Assembly: GCF_001194135.2 (NCBI RefSeq)
Contig: NC_068982.1
Location: 150,976,660 to 151,040,659, forward strand
Length of the DNA: 64,000 bases
Reading direction: 5' to 3'
Source: Octopus bimaculoides
Taxonomy: Eukaryota
Below, piece after piece: positions 51,921-64,000 of this stretch. Under the pieces are notes generated by a model. That model searched no databases. It saw only the letters and a program-made list of their open reading frames with translations, and was not told the origin of the DNA. Within the stretch, counting starts at the first letter, position 1. Each line of letters opens with the position of its first letter. A program made the position numbers and the translations under genes.

Positions 51921-53089
51921 GCTATATAAAGTTCTTGCTAATCAAGGGACTTTTATACATACACTAGGAGCACTGTATATAGATGTTATAAACATGTAGG
52001 AGTGGACAAAACCAAGTTATATAAAAACAGAAGGGCCAGATACATTCTACAATAAATAACTAAACGTTAGAAAATTAACATAAATTAGACACAAAATGAA
52101 TAATTGATTATATAAGAAAAACACGTTCTTCAATAGCTTAAATGCAAAGGCTGTATACGTGAGTTTCAATGCAACTCTTGTTTCTTAGTCTCGTTTGAAG
52201 ATGATTCCCACTGTCAATTCCAAGTATCTTTTATACCGTTTCTCTGCTGGAGAACTGTGTCGACAGCCGGGTAACTAATACTGGTATTGTTTCCCCTGCC
52301 TCCATGTTCTTGTCTGCTCAATGCTACTCACATACATGTGAGAATCTACTAGTCTACGTTTAACTTGAGCACCCCTAGACAGTGGTCTCCGGCTAGATCT
52401 TGTTACTACTTTATCCGAAAGTGCTTGCGACTATTTTAAGACCGACAAAATGGAGCCTACCTCGCCAATCAATACATTATTCCTCCCTTCTTTCTCTTCT
52501 GTTCGTTTAGTTGTTCTATAGGTTCTTTGTTTTGCGAAGACACATGAACTTCAAAAAACGTGGGATGGATTTGGTTAAAATTGGCTCTTCAGACTTTTTG
52601 CTTATCTTTCTCGATTTGCCTGTCACTTATGTCTAAACTACATGCACCCAAAGGCGCCATATAGCATTTGGGGGTTTTATGTGGAATAAAGTGTTCCATA
52701 TTCTTTGAGCAGGCACATTTTTTTAGTAACTGTGGCTTTCACCTATACCTTTTGTTTGAACGTTTCCGGAATTTCTTTGGCCTCATTTCTGCCTTTGCCA
52801 TTACGTGTCTCATCCTAGTCATTTTGATTAAGATTTTCAATAAATTCCACAAGGAAAGTATTCGTGCTTCGCAAAACCGTGGAAAAAAATAAATAAATAA
52901 AACAGAAAGAAGAGATACACTATCTGAGCAAAAAACACTTTTTTGCACATTTTTCTTACTGTCATTTGGGTTAAGCATTTTTTTAAAATTTAATTTTTTC
53001 TCTGAATTTCATACAGACTCTAATAATCTACCCCGATCACTCTCTTTTTTCTGTGCATTGTCGCAAGACGTCGGGATGGAATTAATAGC

Positions 53090-54420
53090 TATGGCCTTTA
53101 GTCTTCAATTTTTGGTCCGGATGATGAGGTGAGGCTTTTGACTTTCTTCGGTACTGCAGATGGTGGTGCGGCTGAGAAACTGTTGGAACGACAACCTCAG
53201 AGACCTGCTGCTGTAATTTCTGGTTCTGATGCTGTCAGCCATTTTCTTTGTCCTTGCCTTTTCAGCTTCTCGGGGCTCGAGGTAGAAAAAACGGATCTTT
53301 TTTAAAACGGGGGCCACATTTTTCATTAACAAAACACTTTGAAACTTGGAACACTGGTAGAATGTGTCATATAAAACATCTTTTTCTCTTAGTCTTCTTT
53401 AAAAAAAAAAATCCCTAAGTTATTCCATGTTAAAGTTGTCGTATTTCTGTAATTTCAACCAGTCACTGACGTCCATTCAGCCGATATACGTTAAGTGCCG
53501 ACTACATAANNNNNNNNNNNNNNNNNNNNNNNNNNNNNNNNNNNCAAATTTAAAAAGAAAAAAGCAAATAAAACGAAGAGAAAAAAAAGAAAATGAAAAA
53601 GCAAATTTAAAATGAAAAAAGCAAATAAAACGAAGCTATGGCTTAATCAGCCAAAGGAGTAAATGTAAACAACTGAATACTTGTCAGTGATTGGTTGAAA
53701 TTATCGAAATAAGACAATTTTTTACATGAGATAAATTCGAATACAGAAATATTTTTCTGTTCTATAACACAAAATAGATAAGTATACGAAGTTTGAAAGT
53801 CTTTCGGTACCAAAAACACTACGTAAAACATTAATGAAAAATGTGGCCCCCGTTTTAAAAAAGATCCGAAAAAACCCTACTCAAGTGGCCTTTACTGTTA
53901 CATGTGAAACACACGTGCTTTCTGCCCTGCATCACCATTGTCTTTATTTTGTTTCCGAATCCACGAAGGAACATAGCTTTGGAATGGGCCTGTTCTTTTT
54001 TTCTGGGGTAGGGTGCGGGTGATGTAATTAATACTTTTAATTTCATATTGACCCTTCTGACCACATGTTATTTCTTGTGATCTCTACACTCACACCCCTC
54101 CCATATTGACAATTAGACAGGGAGTCAATGTCATTGCCAGTACTCATTGACTGTCATTCTTTTTATTGTCCTGGACCATGTATTGTGGTATGAATCTATG
54201 TGTAGGTGTGTCCTTTCGTCATCGGCATTGAAAACTAAGCAAGCACTGCTATACATTTTGCCGCGGTTGATGGAAATCATATCTTTCCATACATCAGTTA
54301 GACGCTTCTACAAGTATTCTTTTGAGGACATGTGAAATCTACATTTTTGTTGCAAAGAGAAGTGTTTTACAATCCATTTTTTTCAAGTTTCTGTGTGTTG
54401 TTCAGATAAAGAAAAAAGCA
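53090..54420 (-). mobile_element. Decayed LINE ORF1-like remnant with zinc knuckle, interrupted by a MITE
   Basis: KIKTMVMQGRKHVCFTCNSKGHLSRVF (CX2CX4H). Removing the MITE and TSD continues the frame into an S/A/P-rich tail with one stop. Confidence 0.45.
53292..53868. mobile_element. MITE / fold-back element with about 37-bp TIRs
   Basis: cggatcttttttaaaacggggccacatttttcattaa and its reverse complement, A6 on both flanks, and a second internal inverted repeat. Confidence 0.85.
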
Positions 54421-55987
54421 CTGTTCCTTGTAAAGCTTTTACCCCTTGTTTGTTTTTCTTCAATCCCATCTATATTCAGACGTTCTCTAAGATTTATATT
54501 ATTGTTGATTTTCAGAAGTTGTTTTGTTTGGTTTATAAATTTTACTGTACCTGCTCAGCGATCTTGTTAGTTTCATTTTATTTGTCTTCAATAATAAACT
54601 TGATTTCTTTTATTAGCCACGTGGGCCTAATTCTTTGGGGGACATAATAAAGACTAAATATGGTATTTTAATTCAGCATCTGTTAAAAATCTTCCTATAT
54701 TTGTGATTTATTGGGAAATGCTTATCTGAGAGAGTTGGAAATTTCTTACTTTTGTTAGTTTCAAAATTTAGGGATATATTACAACCCTTCAAGTAAAAGT
54801 ATGAATCATAAAAATAGACCTAGAAATAGACATAGGAAAATAATTTGGTTTGTCCACCTCACTTTATCCCTAAAATGTTAAAACTAAAAAGTATTAGTAG
54901 TAAAATCACTGTTACTACTAATCAGTCAGAAGTCGATTTTTTAGGTGTTTCCCTAGATTTAAACTCCCATTCTTATAAACCGTATCATAAGCCAAACGAG
55001 AAACTCTCATACATAAATAGATAGTCCTGTCACCATACCCACTATAATGTTTAAAAATTGATAGCTAATAGGATATCAAATCTCTCTTCTTATATATATA
55101 TATATATATGAAAGAAGACTGCTATATGTGTGTGTGTGTGTGTGTGTGAAAGAGGGAGAGAGAAAGGAAGAGAGAGAGAGCGAGAGAAAGAGAGAGAGAG
55201 AGCGAGAGAAAAGAGAGAGAGAGAGAGAGAGATTCTGTAACGAGATCTCTCGCAACCGTCTTCGGGATTTAATAACGATATCAAACACAATTTACAAGTA
55301 CAGATTACTTAAAAAAAAAATCTTTCGGTCTGATGGGAAGAGAGAGAGAGAGAGATGACCGTGACAATTCACAGTGCCTCAGAGACTGATGCAAGCAGAA
55401 TGGAATCAGCTAAAAGTTGCCAATATGCCAGATGGCGGAGTTAAACCGAGTGGCGGATTAAGTCTACTATGCAAATTTGAACCGACTCTCTTTGCTGAAT
55501 ATCTACCGAAAGACTTTTGTTTGACTGTTTGAATATATCAATACTCTAAGTAAAGGCATAAACACCACAAAATCTTATTCCAATCCATCTTTTCACCTTA
55601 TACTATCAATGAAAATACTATTTCTGGTTTCTGAAATATGCTTACTTTTTGTTTATACTTTTCACACTGTTATGGTTTGCACAAGAGAAAAAAGAAAAGA
55701 AAAAAAAAAGAAAAAGAGAAAAGAAAGTAAAACCATAAAAAGTTCTTTGGGTCAGTATATCAAATATAACATGCGACAGAGATATTTTCATGCTTCTAAC
55801 ACGCGCCTTCCAATATTTTCTTTTCTGCTGCTACTGTAGAGGGAATTCGAACTGCTAGATACTCGGTCAGGCACCACGAGTAAGCCATCACAGTTTAACG
55901 TGATTGATCTATAATCGACCAGTCAGCTCAAAGCTGTGGCGTGATATGAATTACTCGGATGTTCTAAAATTTAATCCCTTTTCTCCT

Positions 55988-56020
55988 TATAAAAACCGTT
56001 TGGCGCTTAACTCATCACAG
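55988..56020 (+). promoter_or_regulatory. TATA box and initiator-like site of gene C
   Basis: TATAAAAA at 55988-55995, with a TCA initiator-like A at 56017 (29 nt downstream). No ATG follows until 56161. Confidence 0.5.
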
Positions 56021-56160
56021 AGTTTGAGAGCGGCCCTCCTGATTCACACATTTCACATTTCGGAGGTTGTCAGGCAGACAACCTTCGACATTCGAGCAGG
56101 CAGCTTCAATCTTTTGCGCAGACGGCTCGTTACTTGGACAGACCGATTTTGAACATTCAT

Positions 56161-56170
56161 ATGATGTCCT
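56161..56170 (+). CDS. Gene C first exon coding part (MMS, phase 1); exon about 56017-56170
   Basis: First ATG after the TATA/Inr, followed 10 nt later by a consensus donor CCT|gtaagt. Confidence 0.45.
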
Positions 56171-57744
56171 GTAAGTAGCTTCTAAGGACACAGCGCGGTT
56201 TTCTTCTCCTCCCAGTCGGCAATTATATAATTAATATTTTTCACTGTAAATAATCAACACAATATACCAGTCGGTAATTGCATTATTAACATTTTTCACT
56301 GTAAATAGCCTACACAAAACATTATATCCGGCAATAAATATTAAAGTTTAATGTTCATGAGTTTGTTTCATTCATTATTTACGCAGCCAACGACATTCCA
56401 TGCAGACACTACAACATGATAATAAAGTCATCCATGGAAATTCAGACGTTTAAAATATATCAGCATTAACCAGCACCAAACGGGTGATCCAATAAATCGC
56501 CATGGCACTACAATAATTGCTCCTGCTCTTCGGAGCTGCCTGGTGTCTACCTTCACCCCTCGAGCATCCACGCCTCACTCGTTTCTCCATCTCTTGCCAC
56601 TACGTCCGCAGGAATCTCGCTTTCCTGCAGGTGCTGGACATGCAACAGTTTAAATAGAACATTAACCACATCGATCTCACAGGTCACAGAGAGCCTGCTG
56701 ACTTTATGGGTACTGTCCCTTCTTCCAACTCAGCAAGTGAAAAATGAATAAAAGACAAAAGAAAAGCATACCATCCAGTTACCGATCTATATCAGGCTAC
56801 AATTCTTTTACTCCCTATGATCTAACAGTTTCGCACTCTTTATTTCCACGAGAACTGACAGAATGAGGAATGTTTTATCAATTTCCATAACATTTTTCCA
56901 TTTTGTTATCTAAATGTTTTGGGATTTTAATTTTTTTTATCATGATTGGAATGAATATGAGGTAATATTTCTACAAAGCATTCTTATGAGAAAAGATGTG
57001 GGAAAGAAAATACGTTTTTTTATTCATGTGTCTTCGATGAAATAAATTGCATATTATTCTACTAATCATGTAGAATCATGTACTATCATGTATATTATCT
57101 GGAATAAAATATATGACTAATTTAGATAACTGTAATGATATGATCAAATGAGAAGATGGCTTTCTATAAATGTTTCTTCTATAGATGTTCCTTCCGTTTT
57201 CTCCATCTCTTTTAGCATTTCTTGAGCGGATGTCTTCAGCTTTATTTTTTTCTTGTCATAACACAGTTGCGTGACTGTTCATAACAGCTATAAAACCGGC
57301 TTTGTTAGGTTGGAAATACAATTTTTAACGAGAAAAATGATAATAATCTTTACATTATTTGATGCTATTTCAAAATTTCATTGCATTTCTTTTTATTTTC
57401 AATGAGTATTGAGGACAAAACCGGAACATTTCTCTTGTTGAAATTAACTGAATTATTTTATTTTCCATTAGCAGACAACGACTTTCAATTATTGTTCCAA
57501 TTCTAAATTTATACAAATCTGCAAGTACTTTTAACCTACATTGTCAGTGCATGCACTGTTCTGCAAAGGAAACTGACCAGTTTACTGAGTCTTTGTTAAA
57601 ATACATTATAAATATTTGTAAACTGCTTATCTATCAGTCAAAAGAAGACTGTTACGCATTCTTTGACGAATGTATAACAAGACAAGAAACTGTTCAGATC
57701 GATATCAGTTTTTCAGCATACTGAGGGATAAAACACGTGGTCTA

Positions 57745-57898
57745 ACCATGTGGTAAGTAGCTTGCTTACCAACCACATGGTTCCAGGTTCAGTCTCACTG
57801 CGTGGCACCTTGGGCAAGTGTCTTCTACTATAGCCTCGGGTCGACCAAAGCCTTCCGAGTGGATTTGGTAGATGGAAACTGAAAGAAGTCCATCGTAT
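57745..57898 (+). mobile_element. SINE family 1, young copy
   Basis: Intact head and central domain, ending in (TA)n. Confidence 0.85.
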
Positions 57899-58684
57899 AT
57901 ATATATATATATNNNNNNNNNNNNNNNNNNNNNNNNNNNNNNNNNNNNNNNNNNNNNNNNNNNNNNNNNNNNNNNNNNNNNNNNNNNNNNNNNNNNNNNN
58001 NNNNNNNNNNNNNNNNNNNNNNNNNNNNNNNNNNNNNNNNNNNNNNNNNNNNNNNNNNNNNNNNNNNNNNNNNNNNNNNNNNNNNNNNNNNNNNNNNNNN
58101 NNNNNNNNNNNNNNNNNNNNNNNNNNNNNNNNNNNNNNNNNNNNNNNNNNNNNNNNNNNNNNNNNNNNNNNNNNNNNNNNNNNNNNNNNNNNNNNNNNNN
58201 NNNNNNNNNNNNNNNNNNNNNNNNNNNNNNNNNNNNNNNNNNNNNNNNNNNNNNNNNNNNNNNNNNNNNNNNNNNNNNNNNNNNNNNNNNNNNNNNNNNN
58301 NNNNNNNNNNNNNNNNNNNNNNNNNNNNNNNNNNNNNNNNNNNNNNNNNNNNNNNNNNNNNNNNNNNNNNNNNNNNNNNNNNNNNNNNNNNNNNNNNNNN
58401 NNNNNNNNNNNNNNNNNNNNNNNNNNNNNNNNNNNNNNNNNNNNNNNNNNNNNNNNNNNNNNNNNNNNNNNNNNNNNNNNNNNNNNNNNNNNNNNNNNNN
58501 NNNNNNNNNNNNNNNNNNNNNNNNNNNNNNNNNNNNNNNNNNNNNNNNNNNNNNNNNNNNNNNNNNNNNNNNNNNNNNNNNNNNNNNNNNNNNNNNNNNN
58601 NNNNNNNNNNNNNNNNNNNNNNNNNNNNNNNNNNNNNNNNNNNNNNNNNNNNNNNNNNNNNNNNNNNNNNNNNNNNNNNNNNNN

Positions 58685-58773
<89 letters not shown>

Positions 58774-59078
58774 GTATGCATGTATGTATGTATACCTCCC
58801 ATATATCGCCTGATGATTGCACAGACGTGAAACTCGTGTCGCGAGACAGAATCCCTGCTTCTGTGTTAATAAAACATCATACATATATGTGTGTGTGTAT
58901 GTGCGCGTGTGTGTACGCGCGCGTGTGTGTATGTGTGTGTGTGTGTGTGTATATGAAATATAAACATGTGTATATAGGTGTGTGTGTGCCTATGTATTTA
59001 TATGCATGCACACAGATACACGCATGCACCCACACCTACGAATACTCACATATATACACACCCATTCACGCGTGCGCG

Positions 59079-59129
<51 letters not shown>

Positions 59130-59196
59130 ACACACTAAACCATGGAGCATTAAAATTATAGAATTTCATACTCATGCACGCTCTAAATTAATTCAG

Positions 59197-59244
59197 ACAG
59201 AACCTGTAAGCGAGACGAACAAATGAAGGATTATGATGTAAAAG
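59197..59244 (+). CDS. Candidate gene C exon, (Y)RTCKRDEQMKDYDVK
   Basis: attcag acceptor (weak tract), AAG|gtaata donor. 48 nt, and only the phase 1 to 1 frame is open. Confidence 0.3.
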
Positions 59245-60152
59245 GTAATATCGTATTATTCGGTTAATGCATTAAGTTGAAACCACTCTGGTGTTGTAAA
59301 GCTGAGTGTTCGTATATCATTCAAGATCAGAATGAATCATGCCGTGGTACAAATTTGGCAAGTAATGTTCGAGGGTATCTTTATAACACAGGATAGATTG
59401 TGTGTATTAGTTACTTCTATCAGCGTACATAGTTCTGATTGCATCGAAACTGACTCAGGTATACACACAGGCACGAGCGCAAACACATGCGTGCGCGCAC
59501 ACACACATGCACGCACATACCGACATATTATATCACATAATATATATATATGTATGTGTGTATATGTATATATATATCCTTTGTGTATACTTGCTTTTAA
59601 ATATACCTATAGACTGTAAATCAATAAGTTCATGCATATGCATAATGCATCCATTCTTTTCGGCACATGCACAAAAGTAAAGCCACTCAGTTGGTTAGTC
59701 ACGTATGGGGTTTGAAGACCAACTCTACGCCTCATACAATCAAGAGGAAAATCGTATAAAATTCCATGCCATATGTTAATAGCTAAAAAAAAAAATGCAA
59801 GTTATGTGCTCAGAAAGATCGCACATCCTTTTTTAGAGTTAAGAATTGCACCACACTGTTGAATTTCAGCTCAGAAATTTTCAGCAAGTGCAAACATATG
59901 CAAAAGTTTCTTTTGGCGAATTGAAGAACACTACCCTCCCCGGATTGAGTAACTGTATCTGCTTCTGTTGATTCTGCGCCATCTAGCCTTACGACTCTAC
60001 GGTCAAAGAAGACATAATTCTAATTCTTCTTTTTCCTTTTTTTCCTATCTTTTTCGTTTTTTTTTCCCCATTTCACTTTTTGAACCCACCTATATCTCGT
60101 TTTTTTCTCTTGATTTCTCCTGTTCTATCGCCTTAATTTGTAACTTGTATAG

Positions 60153-60191
60153 GTTATGTGCCCAGACCTGCAGATTACTTGGAAACGCTAG
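60153..60191 (+). CDS. Candidate gene C exon, (G/C)YVPRPADYLETL
   Basis: About 110 nt U/C tract and a ccttaat branch-like site, then tatag acceptor. Donor TAG|gtgtgt is weak. 39 nt, phase 1 to 1 open. Confidence 0.45.
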   Translation, partial: VMCPDLQITWKR

Positions 60192-61412
60192 GTGTGTTTT
60201 AAAACCCACCTAGATAATATCTTCAATCTATGAAACTATTAGTAGCTCATAACAACGTACTGTGTGCATTAAACTATACATGTGTGTGTGCGTGTGTGCG
60301 TATGTGTGAGTGTATGTATGTATGTATGTATGTATGTATAAATGTATATACAGATATATATACAACCATCACTTGCAAGTCATATAACATGATAGCATGT
60401 AACATACTTTCCCGAACAGCAACCCTCTTGACCGCCCGATGTTTGTCATTGCACAACATCCAGTACATAACTACAGGAAACTGAGGAGCTGCACCGCTAA
60501 TAGATATACATATAACACATATATGTATTATGATACATATACGCTATAATACATATACGTGTATATCTCTGTTTGTGTTTGTCCTGTATCCTAATGATTT
60601 GACAAATAGAAATCGATAAAATAAACACCAGATTGAAAGGATACGTACTGAGTTCGATACCCTCGACTGAACCTTTGAATGACATGCCCCAGCATGACCA
60701 CAATTCTGTGACAGAAATCAGTAAAAGTATAAGCGAATATACATACATACATCTATTTATTACTTTACCTGTTTATCTATCTATCTATCTATCTATGATC
60801 CTGATAAAACATCTATTGAAGTGCACGGCATTTAACGAATGTGTTTGAACTCAGTATGTTCTATCCATTTTAAGACAGACGCCTAGGAAGAAGATTCGTG
60901 TTGTTGCATGGGAAATCAAGTCACCCTTGTATAGGTTACGTATAATGGTTATGAAATATAGATAAATAAGGCAACACGAGAATGAGTTGCTGCTGATTTT
61001 CTTATAACACCTTTACATGTGTTTATGTGCCAATTACATAATGATGACATATAATCATGTTTACGCAATTTTTATGCACAAATCAACTCTTCAGAAGAAT
61101 TATAAAGAATGAATAATTATGTATGCTGATAGATATTTACATTTGACTATAAGTTATATGCATAGATGTAGTAAACAACAAAGAGGCAAAAAGTCTAGCA
61201 TAAGATTAAAACAGAGCATAAATAGCTGTCAGAAAAAAAATGTATTTAAATCTGTTTAAAAGGATTGCCTGATTAATTTTCAAAGTTCTGAGTATAGAAT
61301 GAGATGATAGAGCGCCCATATAACCACCATTAATACAGGTAAAATACAAAAGTAAAAATTTGTAAAAGAAGAAAATGTACATACACACACAAACATGTGC
61401 ACGTACATACGC

Positions 61413-61471
<59 letters not shown>

Positions 61472-61809
61472 AATTTATCTGTCTGTCTGTCTGTCTGTCT
61501 ACATATCCAAGCACATAGAACTATATGCATACTTACACACACATATATGCACACGCGCATGTATATGTGTGTGTGTGTAAATAGGTATGTAGGTCTGTGT
61601 GTATGGATATGCATATAAATAGATAGAAGATGGATGAATGGATGGGTTGGATGGGTATGTGCATGCGTGTACATGTGTTTGAGTGTATATCTACATTTTC
61701 TCCTTTGACAAATTTTTACTTTTGTTAATGGTGGTTGTATAGGACGCTCATTCATCTCATTCAATCCTAGATACTTTCAAAATCAATCATGTATATAATA
61801 TATATTACA

Positions 61810-62012
61810 TGTGTGTCTGTGTTTGTCTCTCCAACATCGCTTGACAACCGATGCTGGTGTGTTTACGTCCCCGTAACTTAGCGGTTCGGCTAAAGAAACC
61901 GATAGAATAAGTACTAGGCTTACAAAGAATAAGTTCTGGGGTCGATTAGCTCGACTAAAAGGCGGTGCTCCAGCATGGCTGCAGTCAAATGACTGAAGCA
62001 AGTAGAAGAGTA
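61810..62012 (+). mobile_element. SINE family 3, young copy
   Basis: Reverse complement of 33124-33335, tail gcagtcaaatgactgaagcaagtagaagag. Confidence 0.85.
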
Positions 62013-62997
62013 AAAGAGTATACATATATATTCATATGTACATATACTTGTATGTATGTATGTATGTATGTATGTATGTATGTACACACATGCACACACA
62101 CACATGCACACACACATGCACACATACATGCACACACACGGATTTATGCATTACTGACTGGTTACACAAAAACACACACACACATGGATGCATAGGTACT
62201 CATTTTTTCCATGTAAGAGATTTTCGCCTTGTAGTAATATTTAAATAACTGATAACCTGAAAGACTAGCTTAAATCTTGTTACCCCATGCACTATTGTAG
62301 GGTATATAATCACTGTTCGCCATAGTGAGATGATTACTTTTTCACGTACTATCATCATGGCCAACGATCATCTGTCTAAATTACACCACGCAATTATGCA
62401 TGGTGCAAACTGACGTCACCAAGTCGTATCCCTCGACTCATGATACACAGTAACTGCCATTACTGAGCTGATAAATCATATACATCATCCACCACCTGAC
62501 ATCAATATCTTTACCATGTCTGCTCTACTACGCGGAGCATTTAATGGCACCAACTGAAGTACAAATAGTCTCATCTAGATGCCATTTAAAAATCTATTTT
62601 GACTTCTCTTCACTCTGTCTGACTTTCTTCCTATAAGTTCAAAGAACTTGACCTATGTATCCATGTTCCGTTTGGAAAATTTCCTTGCATTGTTATCTTT
62701 ACCATTATACACTTGTTATGGACGGTCAATACCCATCCCATCTGCTCCGTTTCCTCCGTTTCCACTAGCCTTGTATCTCTCGGGTATTTATATAAGATGA
62801 TTCCTAGCTTGTGATCTGTATTTCAACCCTGTCCGAGGACGTGTTCAGTGGTTTTATGTGTACTGCAAAAATAAGTTACGTTCATTAATTGCACTTATTG
62901 TGTGACATCATTAATTAATTACCGATTACAGAAACATATGTAACAGTTGAAATAAAGGAATACTAAGTTTATGCCCATATTTTTCTCTCATTATACA

Positions 62998-63218
62998 TAC
63001 GAAGTGGTGCTGAATATTTCCTGGCTTTGGGTAAAAGAAAATACAGGAGGAACAGTTAATTATGGCTTTATTCAACATATTCCCCTCTCAGATACATACA
63101 CTTATTGCAGCGGTCCTTCAGTTTTTCTAAGCTCTGTAAAAGAACTCGGAAGTTTGGGCCTTCAGCCAGGCCTTTCGTGATACCCTTAAAGCCAGGAACC
63201 TTTCATTATTTCCTTGTA
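62998..63218. mobile_element. Mariner-type MITE
   Basis: Imperfect TIRs tacgaagtggtgctgaatatttcctggcttt and aaagccaggaacctttcattatttccttgta, with TA ends. Confidence 0.7.
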
Positions 63219-63226
63219 TATACATA

Positions 63227-63245
63227 GCACACACACACACACACA

Positions 63246-63277
<32 letters not shown>

Positions 63278-63287
63278 TACACACACA

Positions 63288-63375
<88 letters not shown>
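63227..63375. repeat. (CA)n microsatellite
   Basis: Directly visible. Confidence 0.95.
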
Positions 63376-63377
<2 letters not shown>

Positions 63378-63689
63378 CATATATGGGGTGAGAAGAGAGG
63401 GAGAAAGAAAGAAAGACATTTAGAAAGAGATGAAACGAGAGGCGGTTACTCTCTACATTTGCGCTAAAGCTGAGTAAAATTATTAAGAGCAAGTCAATAC
63501 GTACAATATATTGAGAAGCAACAACAAACACGAGCTAACAAAAGAGCGTCTACATGGTCGCTCGATCTACCAGAAATAACAACCAATTCTCCCTCGATCA
63601 CTCTATCTTTTTTTATATCTCATATATCTTTTCTGTCTTTTTTAACGGTAAAATGTGCTATTTCATTCTGGGCTTCCTGCATATATATA

Positions 63690-64000
63690 GCGGAAGCGCA
63701 ATGGCCTAGTGGTTAGGGCAGCGGACTCGCAGCCAATAGGATCGCGGTTTCGATTCCCAGACCGGGCGTTGTGAGTGTTTATTGAGCGAAAACACCTAAA
63801 GCTCCACGAGGCTCCGGCAGGTGATGGTGGCGAACCCTGCTGTACTCTTTCACCACAACTTTCTCTCGCTCTTACTTCTTGTTTCTGTTGTGCCTGTATT
63901 TCAAAGGGGCCAGCCTTGTCACACTGTGTCACGCTGAATATCCCCGAGAACTACGTTAAGGGTACACGTGTCTGTGGAGTGCTCAGCCACTTGCACGTTA
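63690..64000 (+). mobile_element. tRNA-derived SINE, family 4, truncated by the window end
   Basis: A-box tggcctagtgg, B-box ggtttcgattccc, no tRNA acceptor-stem closure, long unrelated body. Confidence 0.8.

Noticed and set aside
53105-53332. GC-rich stretch with several open frames (MADSIRTRN..., SIFGPDDEV...) as a host exon
   Set aside because: Better explained as the low-complexity tail of the MITE-interrupted ORF1 relic.
56631-56660. Consensus acceptor tttcctgcag as gene C exon 2
   Set aside because: The phase-1 reading stops after six codons and there is no good donor. It may still be a UTR or non-coding exon.
58809-58847. CTGATGA...GAAA hammerhead-like spacing
   Set aside because: Stem II does not pair, the U needed opposite A15.1 is absent, and there is no stem I.
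63690-63770. tRNA gene (also 27941-28000 and 50140-50175)
   Set aside because: A/B boxes are present but there is no cloverleaf closure, and the sequence continues into repeat bodies. These are SINE heads.

Overview
AT-rich, microsatellite- and retroelement-dense animal genomic DNA with many N gaps. The SINE/LINE repertoire points to a coleoid cephalopod, most likely Octopus (inference). Most ORFs in the supplied track are artefacts of gaps, microsatellites or decayed transposons. From splice signals and phase continuity I reconstruct parts of three unnamed host genes. Gene A (minus strand) has a probable promoter near 50.8 kb and coding exons at 39896-39940, 17708-17879, 15553-15591 and 10195-10274, encoding a coiled-coil-like N-terminus. 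Gene B (plus strand) has micro-exons at 1186-1229, 7700-7729 and 14054-14078, interleaved antisense with gene A. Gene C (plus strand) has a TATA promoter near 56.0 kb, divergent from gene A. The rest is RTE-clade LINE copies and tails, HERO/RLE, Jockey-like, Penelope, Gypsy and Tc1/mariner relics, several tRNA-derived SINE families, MITEs and simple repeats. The most notable observations are the interleaved antisense genes, a tRNA-headed element carrying a minimal hammerhead-ribozyme fold, young RTE tails inserted in (TA)n tracts, long intronic dsRNA-forming inverted repeats, and a sharp CpG-decay boundary near 48.5 kb. All gene models are manual and unverified. No rRNA, true tRNA or CRISPR array was found.
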